A stretch of 64,000 bases of DNA, taken from IMG/VR virus record IMGVR_UViG_3300023199_000204, positions 62,001 through 126,000 of that record, one strand, 5' to 3'. How positions within the stretch are numbered: the first letter of the stretch is position 1; each line of letters starts with the position of its first letter. Below are positions 20,962-30,847 of this stretch, piece after piece. Under the pieces are notes generated by a model. It worked only from the letters and a program-made list of their open reading frames with translations. It searched no databases and was not told the DNA's origin. Both the position numbers and the translations under genes were made by a program.

Positions 20962-21742
20962 CTGAAATATATAACCACACCAGTTGACGAAATTATATAT
21001 TTATATAAAGATGGATTATCTTTAAGAGATATTCAAGCTAAATTGGGAATACATCATCTATTTGTTCGTAAAATTTTAATAAAAAATAATATTCCGCGTA
21101 GAACTAAATCACAATCTATTCATTTAAGTAAAAAAAACAATTTTAAAATAAATAAATATCTAAATTCAGTTATAGAGGGAGACATTAGGAGATGGTCATT
21201 TAAAACGCGGTAATCATCAATCTTGTTTTGTATACGGAACAAGTAAAGAAGAGTATGCTAATTGGCTAGGAAATATATTTTTAAAAAATGGCATTCCATT
21301 AAGTGGAGGAAGTGTTTATTCCTCAAATAGCATGGATAACCGATATAATAAAAGATATTTAAAATTCCACTTTTCTACTTTACATTCTATTGAAATGAAA
21401 GTTATTAGAGATAAGTGGTATAAAAATAATATTAAAATTATTCCAAATGATTTTGCTATCAATAAAACTAATCTTTTACATTTGTGGATTGGGGATGGGT
21501 CATGAAATAAAAGAAACAAATATGGTTGGATTGCTACAGATTGTTTTTCTCATAATGAAGTAGTATTATTATCAAATAGTATAAACAATCTAGTTGGTAT
21601 AAAAACTAAAGTTAATTTATGTAAAACAAATAATAAAATTGTTCCCAGAATTTATATACCCAGGATTTCATTAAATAAAATGCTTTTATTTATTGGACCT
21701 TCGCCAGTTAAATGTTATAAATACAAATGGGGAAATTTTTAA
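20962..21742 (+). pseudogene. Degraded LAGLIDADG homing endonuclease with N-terminal HTH
   Basis: AAGGAG RBS then CTG. Frameshift at ~21185 within motif 1 (IEG..LGDGHL). In-frame TGA at 21503 just after motif 2 (LWIGDGS*). RDKWYKNNIKIIPNDF nearly matches RSKWYKNNIKIIPDDF in 21912..22814. Not in the ORF track. Confidence 0.85.
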
Positions 21743-21756
21743 AAAGGAGAAAAAAA

Positions 21757-21912
21757 ATGAGCAATAACAATTCTAATCGTCGTCAAATAAACATACGCCT
21801 GGAGCGGGAACTATATGATTTTCTTGTAAAATATTCTAAAAAAGAATATAAAACAATCACAGCAGTTGTAAGAGAAATGATAGCTAATTTGTATAAAAAT
21901 TCTCAAAGATAA
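21757..21912 (+). CDS. Ribbon-helix-helix (Arc/CopG-like) DNA-binding protein, 51 aa
   Basis: AAAGGAG RBS before ATG 21757; RQINIRLERELYDFLVKYSKKEYKTITAVVREMI fits the beta-alpha-alpha RHH pattern. Confidence 0.75.
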   Translation: MSNNNSNRRQINIRLERELYDFLVKYSKKEYKTITAVVREMIANLYKNSQR

Positions 21913-22814
21913 TGGATGTTAAGGAAATCATAAGATTATATAAAGGTGGTAAGTCTATTAGACAGATTGCTAAGATAAAACTCTGCTCTGCGACAAAAAT
22001 AAGAAATTTTATGATTAAAAATGAAATTGCTTTGAGAACAAAGGGAGAGGGGCTATCAAAATATTATGAAAACAATATTAAAATGAGTAAGTACTCTAAT
22101 GAAGTTATAACTGGCGAACTTATTGGAGATGCTTATATAAAACCAAACGTTAGACAGTCTTGTTTATCATTTTGTAGTAAACATAAATCATACTGCGATT
22201 ATCTATTTAATATATTTGATAAAGAAAATTTATGCAAATCTTATGTTAAAAAAGTAATTTATTATCATAAATATCATAATAAATATTACACAATATTTAA
22301 GTTAAGAACTGTTTCTACTATACAAATACATCATCTTAGATCCAAATGGTATAAAAATAATATTAAAATTATACCTGATGATTTCAAACTAACTCCAACT
22401 GTAATGCTACACTGGTATATGGGAGATGGAACCTTGCCGAAAGGACAATATGGAGTTTTATGTGTTGATTGTTTTACGAATCAAGAAAATAAATTTTTAT
22501 CTAACCTTATTAACAAAGAAATAGGAATTAAAAGCTCGATAATAAAGTCATTAAATAGAATATTTATTCCAAAAACGTCTATGTCTACATTATTAGATTA
22601 TATGGGAGCCTGCCCAATAAAAGAATTTAATTATAAATGGGATTTAAAACCTATAGGTAGAATTATAGACCCTATCCATATAGATAAAAATAAATTAGAA
22701 AGTTTATATATTAAACAAGATATGACGCAAACACAATTAGCAAAATATTTTAACTGTTCAAAATCTTTAATTAATAAGAAATTACGAAAATATAATATAA
22801 GGAAAAGAAAATGA
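21912..22814 (+). CDS. Free-standing LAGLIDADG homing endonuclease flanked by HTH domains
   Basis: Motifs ITGELIGDAYI and HWYMGDGTL; HTH-like termini (LYKGGKSIRQIAK; MTQTQLAKYFNCSKSLI). Confidence 0.85.
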   Translation: MDVKEIIRLYKGGKSIRQIAKIKLCSATKIRNFMIKNEIALRTKGEGLSKYYENNIKMSKYSNEVITGELIGDAYIKPNVRQSCLSFCSKHKSYCDYLFNIFDKENLCKSYVKKVIYYHKYHNKYYTIFKLRTVSTIQIHHLRSKWYKNNIKIIPDDFKLTPTVMLHWYMGDGTLPKGQYGVLCVDCFTNQENKFLSNLINKEIGIKSSIIKSLNRIFIPKTSMSTLLDYMGACPIKEFNYKWDLKPIGRIIDPIHIDKNKLESLYIKQDMTQTQLAKYFNCSKSLINKKLRKYNIRKRK

Positions 22815-25072
22815 AAATACGATGGAGAGGATTAATTTCAACTCAACATAGTTGGGCGTTTGTTAGTCAATCATTAATAAGAGCCATCAATAACATTGGT
22901 GGGCACGAATTATATATTAAATCAACAAATGGTCTTAAGCATTTTCCAGAAGATTTAAAGCCACAATTGCTTCCTGGCTATCACAATAATTTATTAAAGG
23001 GAGATGCTGAATATTTAAATGAAAAAGGTGAGTTTATCACTGTTAATAAAAATAATCCCTTACCAGAGATTGCTTATAATAATAGACCTTACGATTTAGA
23101 GCTAAGCTATACAATTTTTTATCAAAGCCCTCGTAGATTTTTTGCCGATTCCAAGGCAAGAGCAATTATTTGGAATTTTGAAAGCTCAATTATGCCGCCT
23201 GGATGGCATTTGTATCATAAAGCAATAGATTACTATTTACCTTCTAGTCAATATTCTTTTGATATATTTGCTGATAATGGAGTTCCAAAAGATAAAATGT
23301 TGGTAGTTCCTCACGGAGTAGATACAAATATATTTAATCCTAACATTCCCCCATTTGAATTAAAAACTCAAAAGAAAATAAAGTTTCTTCATAACGCTAT
23401 ACCTCATCATAGAAAACTTCACGAAAAAGTAATTAAAGGGTATTTTAATACTTTTACTGATAAAGATGATGTTTGTTTAATTTTAAAAACTAAATTTCTT
23501 GATCCAAAAAAGCTTAACGAGCACGAAGTTGATGTTCAAGCAATATTAAAAAAGTGTGCCGGAAGAAGAAAAGATTTGCCTGAAATTGAAATTATTCAGT
23601 CTTTTATTCCAGATATTGGCTCTTTATATACGGCCTGCGATGCTGTAATTAGTATGAGTTCCTGTGAGGGGTTCTGGCTGCCTGGGCTAGAGGCTTTGGC
23701 CTGTGGGAGTTTAGTTATAGCCCCAAGGCACGGAGGACAACTTGAGTTTTTAAATGATGATAATTCTATTTTAATAGATACGAAAGAAATGAAGGCTCCA
23801 AGTTCAATGCAGTATTGGACAAATCACCCTGATGCTGTTGTTGGAGATCCGGACATAAAGCATTTTTCTAAGATGCTTTGGAAAGTTTATAAAAATCTAG
23901 AAAAAGAGAAACAAAGAATAAAGGAACCAGCTAAAAAAACTGTTGAAAAATTCACTTGGGAAGCAGCAGCCCAAATGATTTTGGATCTTCCAATTCCCAA
24001 GAAAAGCAAAAGAATTTTTGATAAGGACAGGGTGTTGTTTATAGTTCCATACCTAATGGCAGGTGGTGCTGAAGTTTGGGTCCGTGATGCCATTAACTCT
24101 TTGGATAAAAATATCTATGAAATAGATATTGCTTTTGTAAATGGATTAAATGATGAACTTGTTTCTACCTTTAAAGATGTTGATGCCGAGATTATAGATT
24201 TATCAAATCAAGGCAGGGGGGCAGCCCTAAAGTGTTTAATGGAGTCAGGAAGCTACTCTGTAGTTCATTTTTACAACAGTTTTGCCATATATAATATTAT
24301 TGGAGGAACACATAAACAAGGTTTAAGAGCAAAAATTGTTGAAACCGTTCATAGTGAGCTTAAATGGAGAGACTCTATGAGTAGGGTAGCAACAAGATTA
24401 CCATTTGTTTCTGAAATAATTGGTGTATCAAAGACTATTTGTGAAAAACTTAAAAATATGGGCAATAAAAATGTTTCTTTTGTTCCACAACCAATAAATT
24501 GGGAGCGATTTAAAAAAGAAAAAAATAAAGAAGTTTTAAAAGCAGATAATATACCAAGTGATTTTGTGGTAGGTTTTGTTGGTAGATTATCCACTGAAAA
24601 GAATTTGCCAGTTTTACTTCAAGTTGCGGCGGAACTTCCAGAAGTATCATTTGTAATTATTGGTTCCGGAGCCCAGCGTAAAATATTGGAGAACTTGGCA
24701 AAAAATATAAATAATATATTCTTTTTAGGAAGAAAAGAAAATGTTGAAGACTATTATTGTGCCTTTGACGCCTTAATTCTTCCATCAACTATGGAAGGAA
24801 TGCCCTTAGTTATTCTTGAGGCTATGGCAAGTGGAACTCCTATATTAGCTTCAAGAGTTGGTGCTATTCCAGAAGTGGTTATGGATAATATAAATGGAAA
24901 TCTAATTTCTAATTCTGATTATAAAGGATATATTGAAGCTATCAAGAACTTATTAAATAAAGATTTATGGAACAGGTATTCTCAAGGTAGTTTAACTATA
25001 GCAAGCTCAATAGAAGAGGAAAGTAAAGAAAAGCAAGTAGAAAAAATATACAATAAACTTTTAGGAAAATAA
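22811..25072 (+). CDS. Double GT-B (GT4-like x2) glycosyltransferase
   Basis: Two GT4-type signatures: SSCEGFWLPGLEALACG and STMEGMPLVILEAMASG; VGRLSTEKN. Confidence 0.9.
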   Translation: MKIRWRGLISTQHSWAFVSQSLIRAINNIGGHELYIKSTNGLKHFPEDLKPQLLPGYHNNLLKGDAEYLNEKGEFITVNKNNPLPEIAYNNRPYDLELSYTIFYQSPRRFFADSKARAIIWNFESSIMPPGWHLYHKAIDYYLPSSQYSFDIFADNGVPKDKMLVVPHGVDTNIFNPNIPPFELKTQKKIKFLHNAIPHHRKLHEKVIKGYFNTFTDKDDVCLILKTKFLDPKKLNEHEVDVQAILKKCAGRRKDLPEIEIIQSFIPDIGSLYTACDAVISMSSCEGFWLPGLEALACGSLVIAPRHGGQLEFLNDDNSILIDTKEMKAPSSMQYWTNHPDAVVGDPDIKHFSKMLWKVYKNLEKEKQRIKEPAKKTVEKFTWEAAAQMILDLPIPKKSKRIFDKDRVLFIVPYLMAGGAEVWVRDAINSLDKNIYEIDIAFVNGLNDELVSTFKDVDAEIIDLSNQGRGAALKCLMESGSYSVVHFYNSFAIYNIIGGTHKQGLRAKIVETVHSELKWRDSMSRVATRLPFVSEIIGVSKTICEKLKNMGNKNVSFVPQPINWERFKKEKNKEVLKADNIPSDFVVGFVGRLSTEKNLPVLLQVAAELPEVSFVIIGSGAQRKILENLAKNINNIFFLGRKENVEDYYCAFDALILPSTMEGMPLVILEAMASGTPILASRVGAIPEVVMDNINGNLISNSDYKGYIEAIKNLLNKDLWNRYSQGSLTIASSIEEESKEKQVEKIYNKLLGK

Positions 25073-25073
25073 T

Positions 25074-26615
25074 ATGCCCGAACTTCCAATTTCCTCTTGG
25101 AGAGGTAAATTAATAAGCACGAGAAAGGATTCTAGTGGTAAAAAATATATGGTAATGTCTGGAACAAAGTCTATCCTATATATATCTCTTAAATCAGTGG
25201 AGCCGAATAAAACATATCGTGTAACAATAGATTTAAAATCTGACGGGGGAAATGGGGAAGGCTATTGTAATATTTATGGAAACAGAAAATTTGACTTTCC
25301 TCACGTTAGATTTAAGTGCGAAAAGGGTGGTTGGCAAACCTATGATATAAATATAAAAACTGGTAATTTCCCTAATACAGTGCCACTAGTTTTTCGTATA
25401 TGGAGGCCAGAAAATTCAAGTGGAAAGTTACTGGTAAGAAGAATAATATTTACTTCTATTGGAGATCCTAAAAAAGAACAAAAGGGTCCAGAACTAATAT
25501 CACAACAAACTAGAAATAATGCTTTAAATATAAATGATTCGTCTCAAAATAACCCTATTCCTCCAAAAGTTTTACCGGGAAGGGTGCCAAATGTTTTTAA
25601 ATCAAAACCTATAAAGCCTATTTCTACAGAGGAAAGGCGGTCTCGTAGAAGAAGAATGGCAATTGAAAGAGCGCAAAGAAGAGGGGATTTTTCCGTTGAA
25701 TCAACTCATAAGTTATTCCCCCAGCCCCCTCCAAGAATTTTGCCACAAATTATAGAGCCTCACGGAATAAAAGTTTCAGTAATAATATCTATATTTAATA
25801 GAATAGAGTTTTTTGAAAGGGCTTTATATACCTATGCTAAGCAAACAATAGGAGTGGATAATTTTGAAATAGTTGTAGTTGATGATAAAAGTTCTGATGA
25901 CATAAATGGGTTATGTAAAAGATTTGCCAAAGAGTATGGAGTAAAATTTCAATATATCCTTATAAACAAATATAAAGGGGCCATTGAGCCACGAGGTTTC
26001 ACTCCAGCTTTAAGCAACAATATTGGGTTAAAACACGCAAGGGGCTCTGTTATAGTCATCACTGGTCCCGAAACATTACAAAAAGAAACCAATTTAGAAC
26101 GATCCTGGGAGACTGCTAATAATGGTGCTTGCGTATATGGTAATGTTTATCGCTCCAATTTAAAGTTTGTAAATGTAATTAAAAAAACTGGTGTGGCTGA
26201 GAAATCTTTTTCTGAAATTATAAAAATACGAGGGTCCAAGGCTGATGTTTCAGTGACAAAGGGATTTTGGTGGTATTATATAGCTGTAAGAAAAGAGCAT
26301 TTAATGAGCATAAATGGAGTTGATGAAAGGTTTATGAGAGGAATAAGTGGGGAAGATGATGATCTTGCTAGAAGGATGAAGCGTTCTGGTGTTCCACTGG
26401 TTAGAGAACCAAGTATAGAGGGAATTCATCAAGATCACTCCGCAGAAGATAAAAAAGACCTCCACGCTTTTAGATTTAACTCAAAACAATGGAATAAATT
26501 AAGAAGAATTAATGAGAAGTTATTAAATAGCTGGAATAGAACAAAAAATACTGTTGCGAACACGAATATCGATTGGGGAAGCTCAGAAGCAATAATTAAA
26601 AAGGAGAATTTTTAA
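25074..26615 (+). CDS. GT2 glycosyltransferase with N-terminal jelly-roll/CBM-like domain
   Basis: C-terminal VSVIISIFNR, EIVVVDDKS, GVDERF, GEDDD; N-terminal ~130 aa beta-rich domain and Pro/Arg-rich linker. Confidence 0.85.
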   Translation: MPELPISSWRGKLISTRKDSSGKKYMVMSGTKSILYISLKSVEPNKTYRVTIDLKSDGGNGEGYCNIYGNRKFDFPHVRFKCEKGGWQTYDINIKTGNFPNTVPLVFRIWRPENSSGKLLVRRIIFTSIGDPKKEQKGPELISQQTRNNALNINDSSQNNPIPPKVLPGRVPNVFKSKPIKPISTEERRSRRRRMAIERAQRRGDFSVESTHKLFPQPPPRILPQIIEPHGIKVSVIISIFNRIEFFERALYTYAKQTIGVDNFEIVVVDDKSSDDINGLCKRFAKEYGVKFQYILINKYKGAIEPRGFTPALSNNIGLKHARGSVIVITGPETLQKETNLERSWETANNGACVYGNVYRSNLKFVNVIKKTGVAEKSFSEIIKIRGSKADVSVTKGFWWYYIAVRKEHLMSINGVDERFMRGISGEDDDLARRMKRSGVPLVREPSIEGIHQDHSAEDKKDLHAFRFNSKQWNKLRRINEKLLNSWNRTKNTVANTNIDWGSSEAIIKKENF

Positions 26616-27445
26616 TGAATTTTATGACATATTTTGATGTTAATTATGCTGATAAGGGGTGGGCTTGTCATCACACCTTATATAAATTCCTTGGAGAAGA
26701 ATTAAAGTTATATGTGTTTGCTTTAGATGAAAAAGTATATGAACAGGCAAAAGAAAAGAAGGGAGTGGTTCCTATTAGATTGAGAGAGGTTGAGGAAAAA
26801 TATCCAGAGCTAAAAGATATTAAAAACACGAGATTAGCGAAAGAATATTATGCCACAATGACTCCAATATTTCCTCTATACTTATTTGAAAAATATAATG
26901 ATGATTTATTATTTTATACTGATGCGGACATAGCGTTTTATAGTAATCCAAAAGAGATGCTTGGTGTTTTAGGCAATAAGTCTTTAATGGTTGTGGATCA
27001 CGGAATTGAACCTCCAAGAGCAAAGGTAAGATTTAATGTTGGAATTTTGGCTTACAGGAATGATGAAAATTGTAAAGAGTTTTTGAATTGGTGGAAAGAA
27101 AAATGTATAGAATGGTGTGAATGGAAAACTATGCCTGACGGAAGATGTGCGGACCAGGGATACTTAAACATTATTCATAACGAGCCTGAGAGATTTAAAA
27201 ATACCTTAGCAATACAGCCTCTAAATACTGGTATTAATGTAAGTCCTTGGTGTGCCGAAAATTGTAATGTTATTAAAACAGGAGACGATATTATTATTAA
27301 TAATAAAACGCCTCTTATTTGCTATCATTTTCACGAATTTAAATTAACTCAAAATGGATATTATCCTACTGGATGGAAATTAGGAAATGGTTTAATTCAA
27401 AATGTTTATGAGCCATATTATAAACTTATCAAGAGTGTTAAATGA
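26615..27445 (+). CDS. GT-A fold glycosyltransferase (GT8/GT77-like)
   Basis: YTDADIAF (DxD), FNVGILAY, DQGYLN, CYHFH. Confidence 0.7.
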   Translation: MNFMTYFDVNYADKGWACHHTLYKFLGEELKLYVFALDEKVYEQAKEKKGVVPIRLREVEEKYPELKDIKNTRLAKEYYATMTPIFPLYLFEKYNDDLLFYTDADIAFYSNPKEMLGVLGNKSLMVVDHGIEPPRAKVRFNVGILAYRNDENCKEFLNWWKEKCIEWCEWKTMPDGRCADQGYLNIIHNEPERFKNTLAIQPLNTGINVSPWCAENCNVIKTGDDIIINNKTPLICYHFHEFKLTQNGYYPTGWKLGNGLIQNVYEPYYKLIKSVK

Positions 27446-28389
27446 GCAAAAGAGTTATACCAAAGGGAAAATGTAGTATGTGTGACTCTTTTGCCAAACT
27501 TCCTAAAAATCCAAAAGAAATAGGTAGAATTTGTGAAAAATGTTATAGGCTAAATATTCAGCCAAAAATAAAATGTTCCATTTGTGGTAAATTGAAAATA
27601 ATTCACAAGGACACTTTTTGTCTAAAATGTTATAAAATTACATATGAACCTCCAAAGCACATCTGCTTTATATGTAAAAATAAATGTATATCTAATAAAA
27701 AAACTAGTTCAGGTCCAGTTTGTTTAAAATGCTATGATAAGAACTTTAAACCCAAAAAAAATTGTGAAAATTGTAAAAGAATAAAAGTAGTTAAAAAATA
27801 CATTAATTTTAAGCCGTTATGTGGGGGATGTGCCTCTAATTTTATAAAAAAACAAAAATGTGTAGAATGTAATAATATTAGGAAGATAAATAAAATAACA
27901 GTTAAGGGGACAGTTTGCGGAAAGTGTTATAATAAAAATCATAAACCAAAGCATAGATGTACTAGGTGTAAAAATATAAAATATTTAGCATCTGCCTCGC
28001 CCAATCTTTGTTTTAATTGTTATTACATTAAAAAAAGGAAAGAAGATTATAAATTTTATATTTTAACCAATTTAAGAAATAGTGTGAGAAGTGCTTTTAA
28101 CAAATATTCAAAGACGGGCAAGATAATAAATAGTTCATCTTATGGAATAAATTATAAAAAAATAATAGAACATCTTGGTAATTGTCCAGGGGAAAGTAAA
28201 GAATATCATATTGATCATATAATACCTTTGTCTGCTTTTGATTTAAATGATCAAATACATATTAAAGCAGCATTTTCTCCTGAAAACCATCAGTGGCTTA
28301 AAATAGAGGATAATTTAAAAAAGAGCAATAAATATGATAAAAATAAATTTGATAAACTAATTATGAAATATAAGGAAGGAAAGTTATGA
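27442..28389 (+). CDS. HNH homing-type endonuclease with six N-terminal CxxC..CxxC units
   Basis: YHIDHIIPLSAFDL...ENHQWLKIEDNLKKSNKY; 12 CxxC motifs; ATGA overlaps at both ends. Confidence 0.85.
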   Translation: MSKRVIPKGKCSMCDSFAKLPKNPKEIGRICEKCYRLNIQPKIKCSICGKLKIIHKDTFCLKCYKITYEPPKHICFICKNKCISNKKTSSGPVCLKCYDKNFKPKKNCENCKRIKVVKKYINFKPLCGGCASNFIKKQKCVECNNIRKINKITVKGTVCGKCYNKNHKPKHRCTRCKNIKYLASASPNLCFNCYYIKKRKEDYKFYILTNLRNSVRSAFNKYSKTGKIINSSSYGINYKKIIEHLGNCPGESKEYHIDHIIPLSAFDLNDQIHIKAAFSPENHQWLKIEDNLKKSNKYDKNKFDKLIMKYKEGKL

Positions 28390-29051
28390 GCAAGCTGATT
28401 AACGCTGACTGGACAGATGAAAGGTTAGCACAAGAAAATAATAAGATAAATGAAGAATATTTTAAAAAAGGAATTCATAAAGACTATCCTGCCTATTTTA
28501 AATTAAAAGAGGCGGTTGAGTGGATTTTACAGAGGGATAATAAGAGGCCTCTTAAGTTTCTTGATTATGGTTGCGGAACTGCTTGGTATGGAGTATATTT
28601 AAAAGATGAAGGTTTATTTGAACATATAGAGTATAATGGGGCAGATTTGTCAAAATCAATGTGCGACAAAGCAAAAACAAACCTACCACAATCAAACTTT
28701 ATTGTTGCTGACGCCAGTGAAGAGCATTTTGATAAAGAATATGATGTTGTTACTGAAATGGCTGTTTTGGAATTGGTTCCAAAATGGGAAGAAGCAATGA
28801 AAAATATATTAAAATCTAGTGGGAAATGGTGTGTTTTTCATAGGATGTATTTCAAAAGTCACGGCGAAGAAACGGTAAAGGAACAGGTTAATACTTATTT
28901 AAAAATTCCAGATATTAGAATACATATAAGTTTGGATGATTTTGATTATATATTATCAAAAAACAACTTCGATTTGGTTAGAGCAGACCGCTGGGAGAAA
29001 AATAATTTGTATAAGCAAGGAACTTTTATAGCAAGGAGAAAAGATGCCTAA
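28386..29051 (+). CDS. Class I SAM-dependent methyltransferase
   Basis: FLDYGCGTA, YNGADLSKSM, FIVADA. Confidence 0.85.
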   Translation: MSKLINADWTDERLAQENNKINEEYFKKGIHKDYPAYFKLKEAVEWILQRDNKRPLKFLDYGCGTAWYGVYLKDEGLFEHIEYNGADLSKSMCDKAKTNLPQSNFIVADASEEHFDKEYDVVTEMAVLELVPKWEEAMKNILKSSGKWCVFHRMYFKSHGEETVKEQVNTYLKIPDIRIHISLDDFDYILSKNNFDLVRADRWEKNNLYKQGTFIARRKDA

Positions 29052-29931
29052 GTTTACTTTTTCCATGATAGTATTTAATGGGGCTTATTTATTAAAAGAA
29101 AATTTAGAGAATATTTATCCTTATGCTAAAAAGATAGTGATTACAGAGGGTCCGGTAAGACATTATCAAAACAAAGGTTATACTCAATCAACTGACGGCA
29201 CTCTTGAAATTATAAAGAATTTTCCTGACCCAGACAATAAGATTGTATTGCTTTCAGGAACTTGGCTTGATAAGGATACGATGGTCAGGGTTCAGGAGAA
29301 ACATTATGAAACTGGTTATATTTGGTGTGTCGATTCTGACGAATTTTATAAAAAAGAAGACATAGAAAAGGTTTCAAGTTATTTGGATAAAAACCCTAAT
29401 TGTCATTCTATGTCATTTAGATTAATGTCTTTTTATGGAGGATTTGATCATTATATAACTGGATATGAACAAATTTTTGAAACTCAAAGAATAAAAAAGT
29501 TTATGAAAGGTAAAAGCCGATGGAAGACGCATCGCCCTCCAACAATGTTATATGGCAATAAAACTTGTAAAGAGCTGGGACATATTAATCACGACACCAC
29601 AACTAGTTGGGGTATATATATTTATCATTATTCTCACGTTTTCCCAAAATTGGTTAAAGCAAAGATGGATTATTATAAATCACGAGACAAAAATGGAATT
29701 ATTGGAGATTATTTTAACAAGTTATATGTTCCTTGGATGAGAGCAGTAAATCATATTGATAAATTAAAAGTTGAGGCGGCAACAAGAGGCGTTCAGGAAA
29801 ATGTTCCAGGAGTAAGAGGAGATGCTTATACCGCAGAGTTTAAAGGAGAGCATCCAGAAGTCATAAAAAAGTCTATGCCTGAATTAAAAAAGGTTATAGA
29901 GCAAGAATTAAAGGAGCTTGGTGTTAAATGA
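29044..29931 (+). CDS. GT2-like glycosyltransferase
   Basis: MIVFNG...LENIYP..KIVITEG; WCVDSDEF (DxD); IYHYSH. Confidence 0.75.
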   Translation: MPKFTFSMIVFNGAYLLKENLENIYPYAKKIVITEGPVRHYQNKGYTQSTDGTLEIIKNFPDPDNKIVLLSGTWLDKDTMVRVQEKHYETGYIWCVDSDEFYKKEDIEKVSSYLDKNPNCHSMSFRLMSFYGGFDHYITGYEQIFETQRIKKFMKGKSRWKTHRPPTMLYGNKTCKELGHINHDTTTSWGIYIYHYSHVFPKLVKAKMDYYKSRDKNGIIGDYFNKLYVPWMRAVNHIDKLKVEAATRGVQENVPGVRGDAYTAEFKGEHPEVIKKSMPELKKVIEQELKELGVK

Positions 29932-30845
29932 AAATATATACATACAAAGATAATGAAATAAATCAATTTCCTCCTTTTACTGAGCGTCCTTGGATGCCAA
30001 AAGGAGAAAATGTTATTGAGGTAGATAATCCCGCTGACGCTGATTATATTATTTGTCCAGCAGCTTTACATAGAATTAAATCAAAGGACCAGACATTAAG
30101 GGTGGATAAAAAACTAAAAGCAGGGGTTGAAACTTTAAAGTATTGGAAAGACTATGAAAGCAAACACGTTTTTTTTGATTGTTCGGATTTCACTGTATAT
30201 CTTGGAGGAACGTCAGCCACTCTAATTCGCTGTAATGTTAGAGATTTTATGTTAAAAGATCCCAATACAATTCCTTGGTTTTGGCCAGTTGATGATTTGA
30301 AAGATTATACTGCCGTTCCAGAAGGTGGATTTAAATATGATGCTGCTTTTCAAGGATGGCTTTCCACAGAGACTAGAAAGCAGGCAGGGAACTCTTGTAA
30401 GGCTGTAATGGGAAATAGATTTCATCACAAAACCTTCAAAGACTTTTATGGTTTGATGAGCAATAAAGAAGAGCAGGAGAGAAGGAGAAAGAGTTTCCTT
30501 GAAACGCAAAGAGACTCAAAAATATTGCTTGCCCCTCAAAGCATTTCCGGCGTATTTCCTTATAGGTTTTTTGAGTCTATGTCTTCAGCCCGAATACCCG
30601 CTTTATTCTGTACGGGCTATCATTTGCCTTTTGAGGATAAAATTGATTGGGATAAATGTACTTTAAGATTTGATGCGGAACAAGCACCACAAGCAGGCAA
30701 ACTTATTCAGGATTTCTTAGATAAGACATCAATAGAAGAAATTATAGAACGTGGAAAATATGGTAGACAAATGTGGGACAAATGGCTTAACCGCGATAAG
30801 CAGCCTGAATTAGTTGCTTACGCATTAAAGGAAAGATTAAAGTAA
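29928..30845 (+). CDS. Exostosin-like (GT47) glycosyltransferase
   Basis: SKILLAP......YRFFESMSSARIPALF....LPFEDKIDW matches the exostosin C-terminal pattern. Confidence 0.75.
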   Translation: MKIYTYKDNEINQFPPFTERPWMPKGENVIEVDNPADADYIICPAALHRIKSKDQTLRVDKKLKAGVETLKYWKDYESKHVFFDCSDFTVYLGGTSATLIRCNVRDFMLKDPNTIPWFWPVDDLKDYTAVPEGGFKYDAAFQGWLSTETRKQAGNSCKAVMGNRFHHKTFKDFYGLMSNKEEQERRRKSFLETQRDSKILLAPQSISGVFPYRFFESMSSARIPALFCTGYHLPFEDKIDWDKCTLRFDAEQAPQAGKLIQDFLDKTSIEEIIERGKYGRQMWDKWLNRDKQPELVAYALKERLK

Positions 30846-30847
30846 AT

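Noticed and set aside
20962-22814. Group I intron or intein around the LAGLIDADG genes
   Set aside because: Flanking genes are complete rather than split exons, and no intein splice residues or intron core were recognised.
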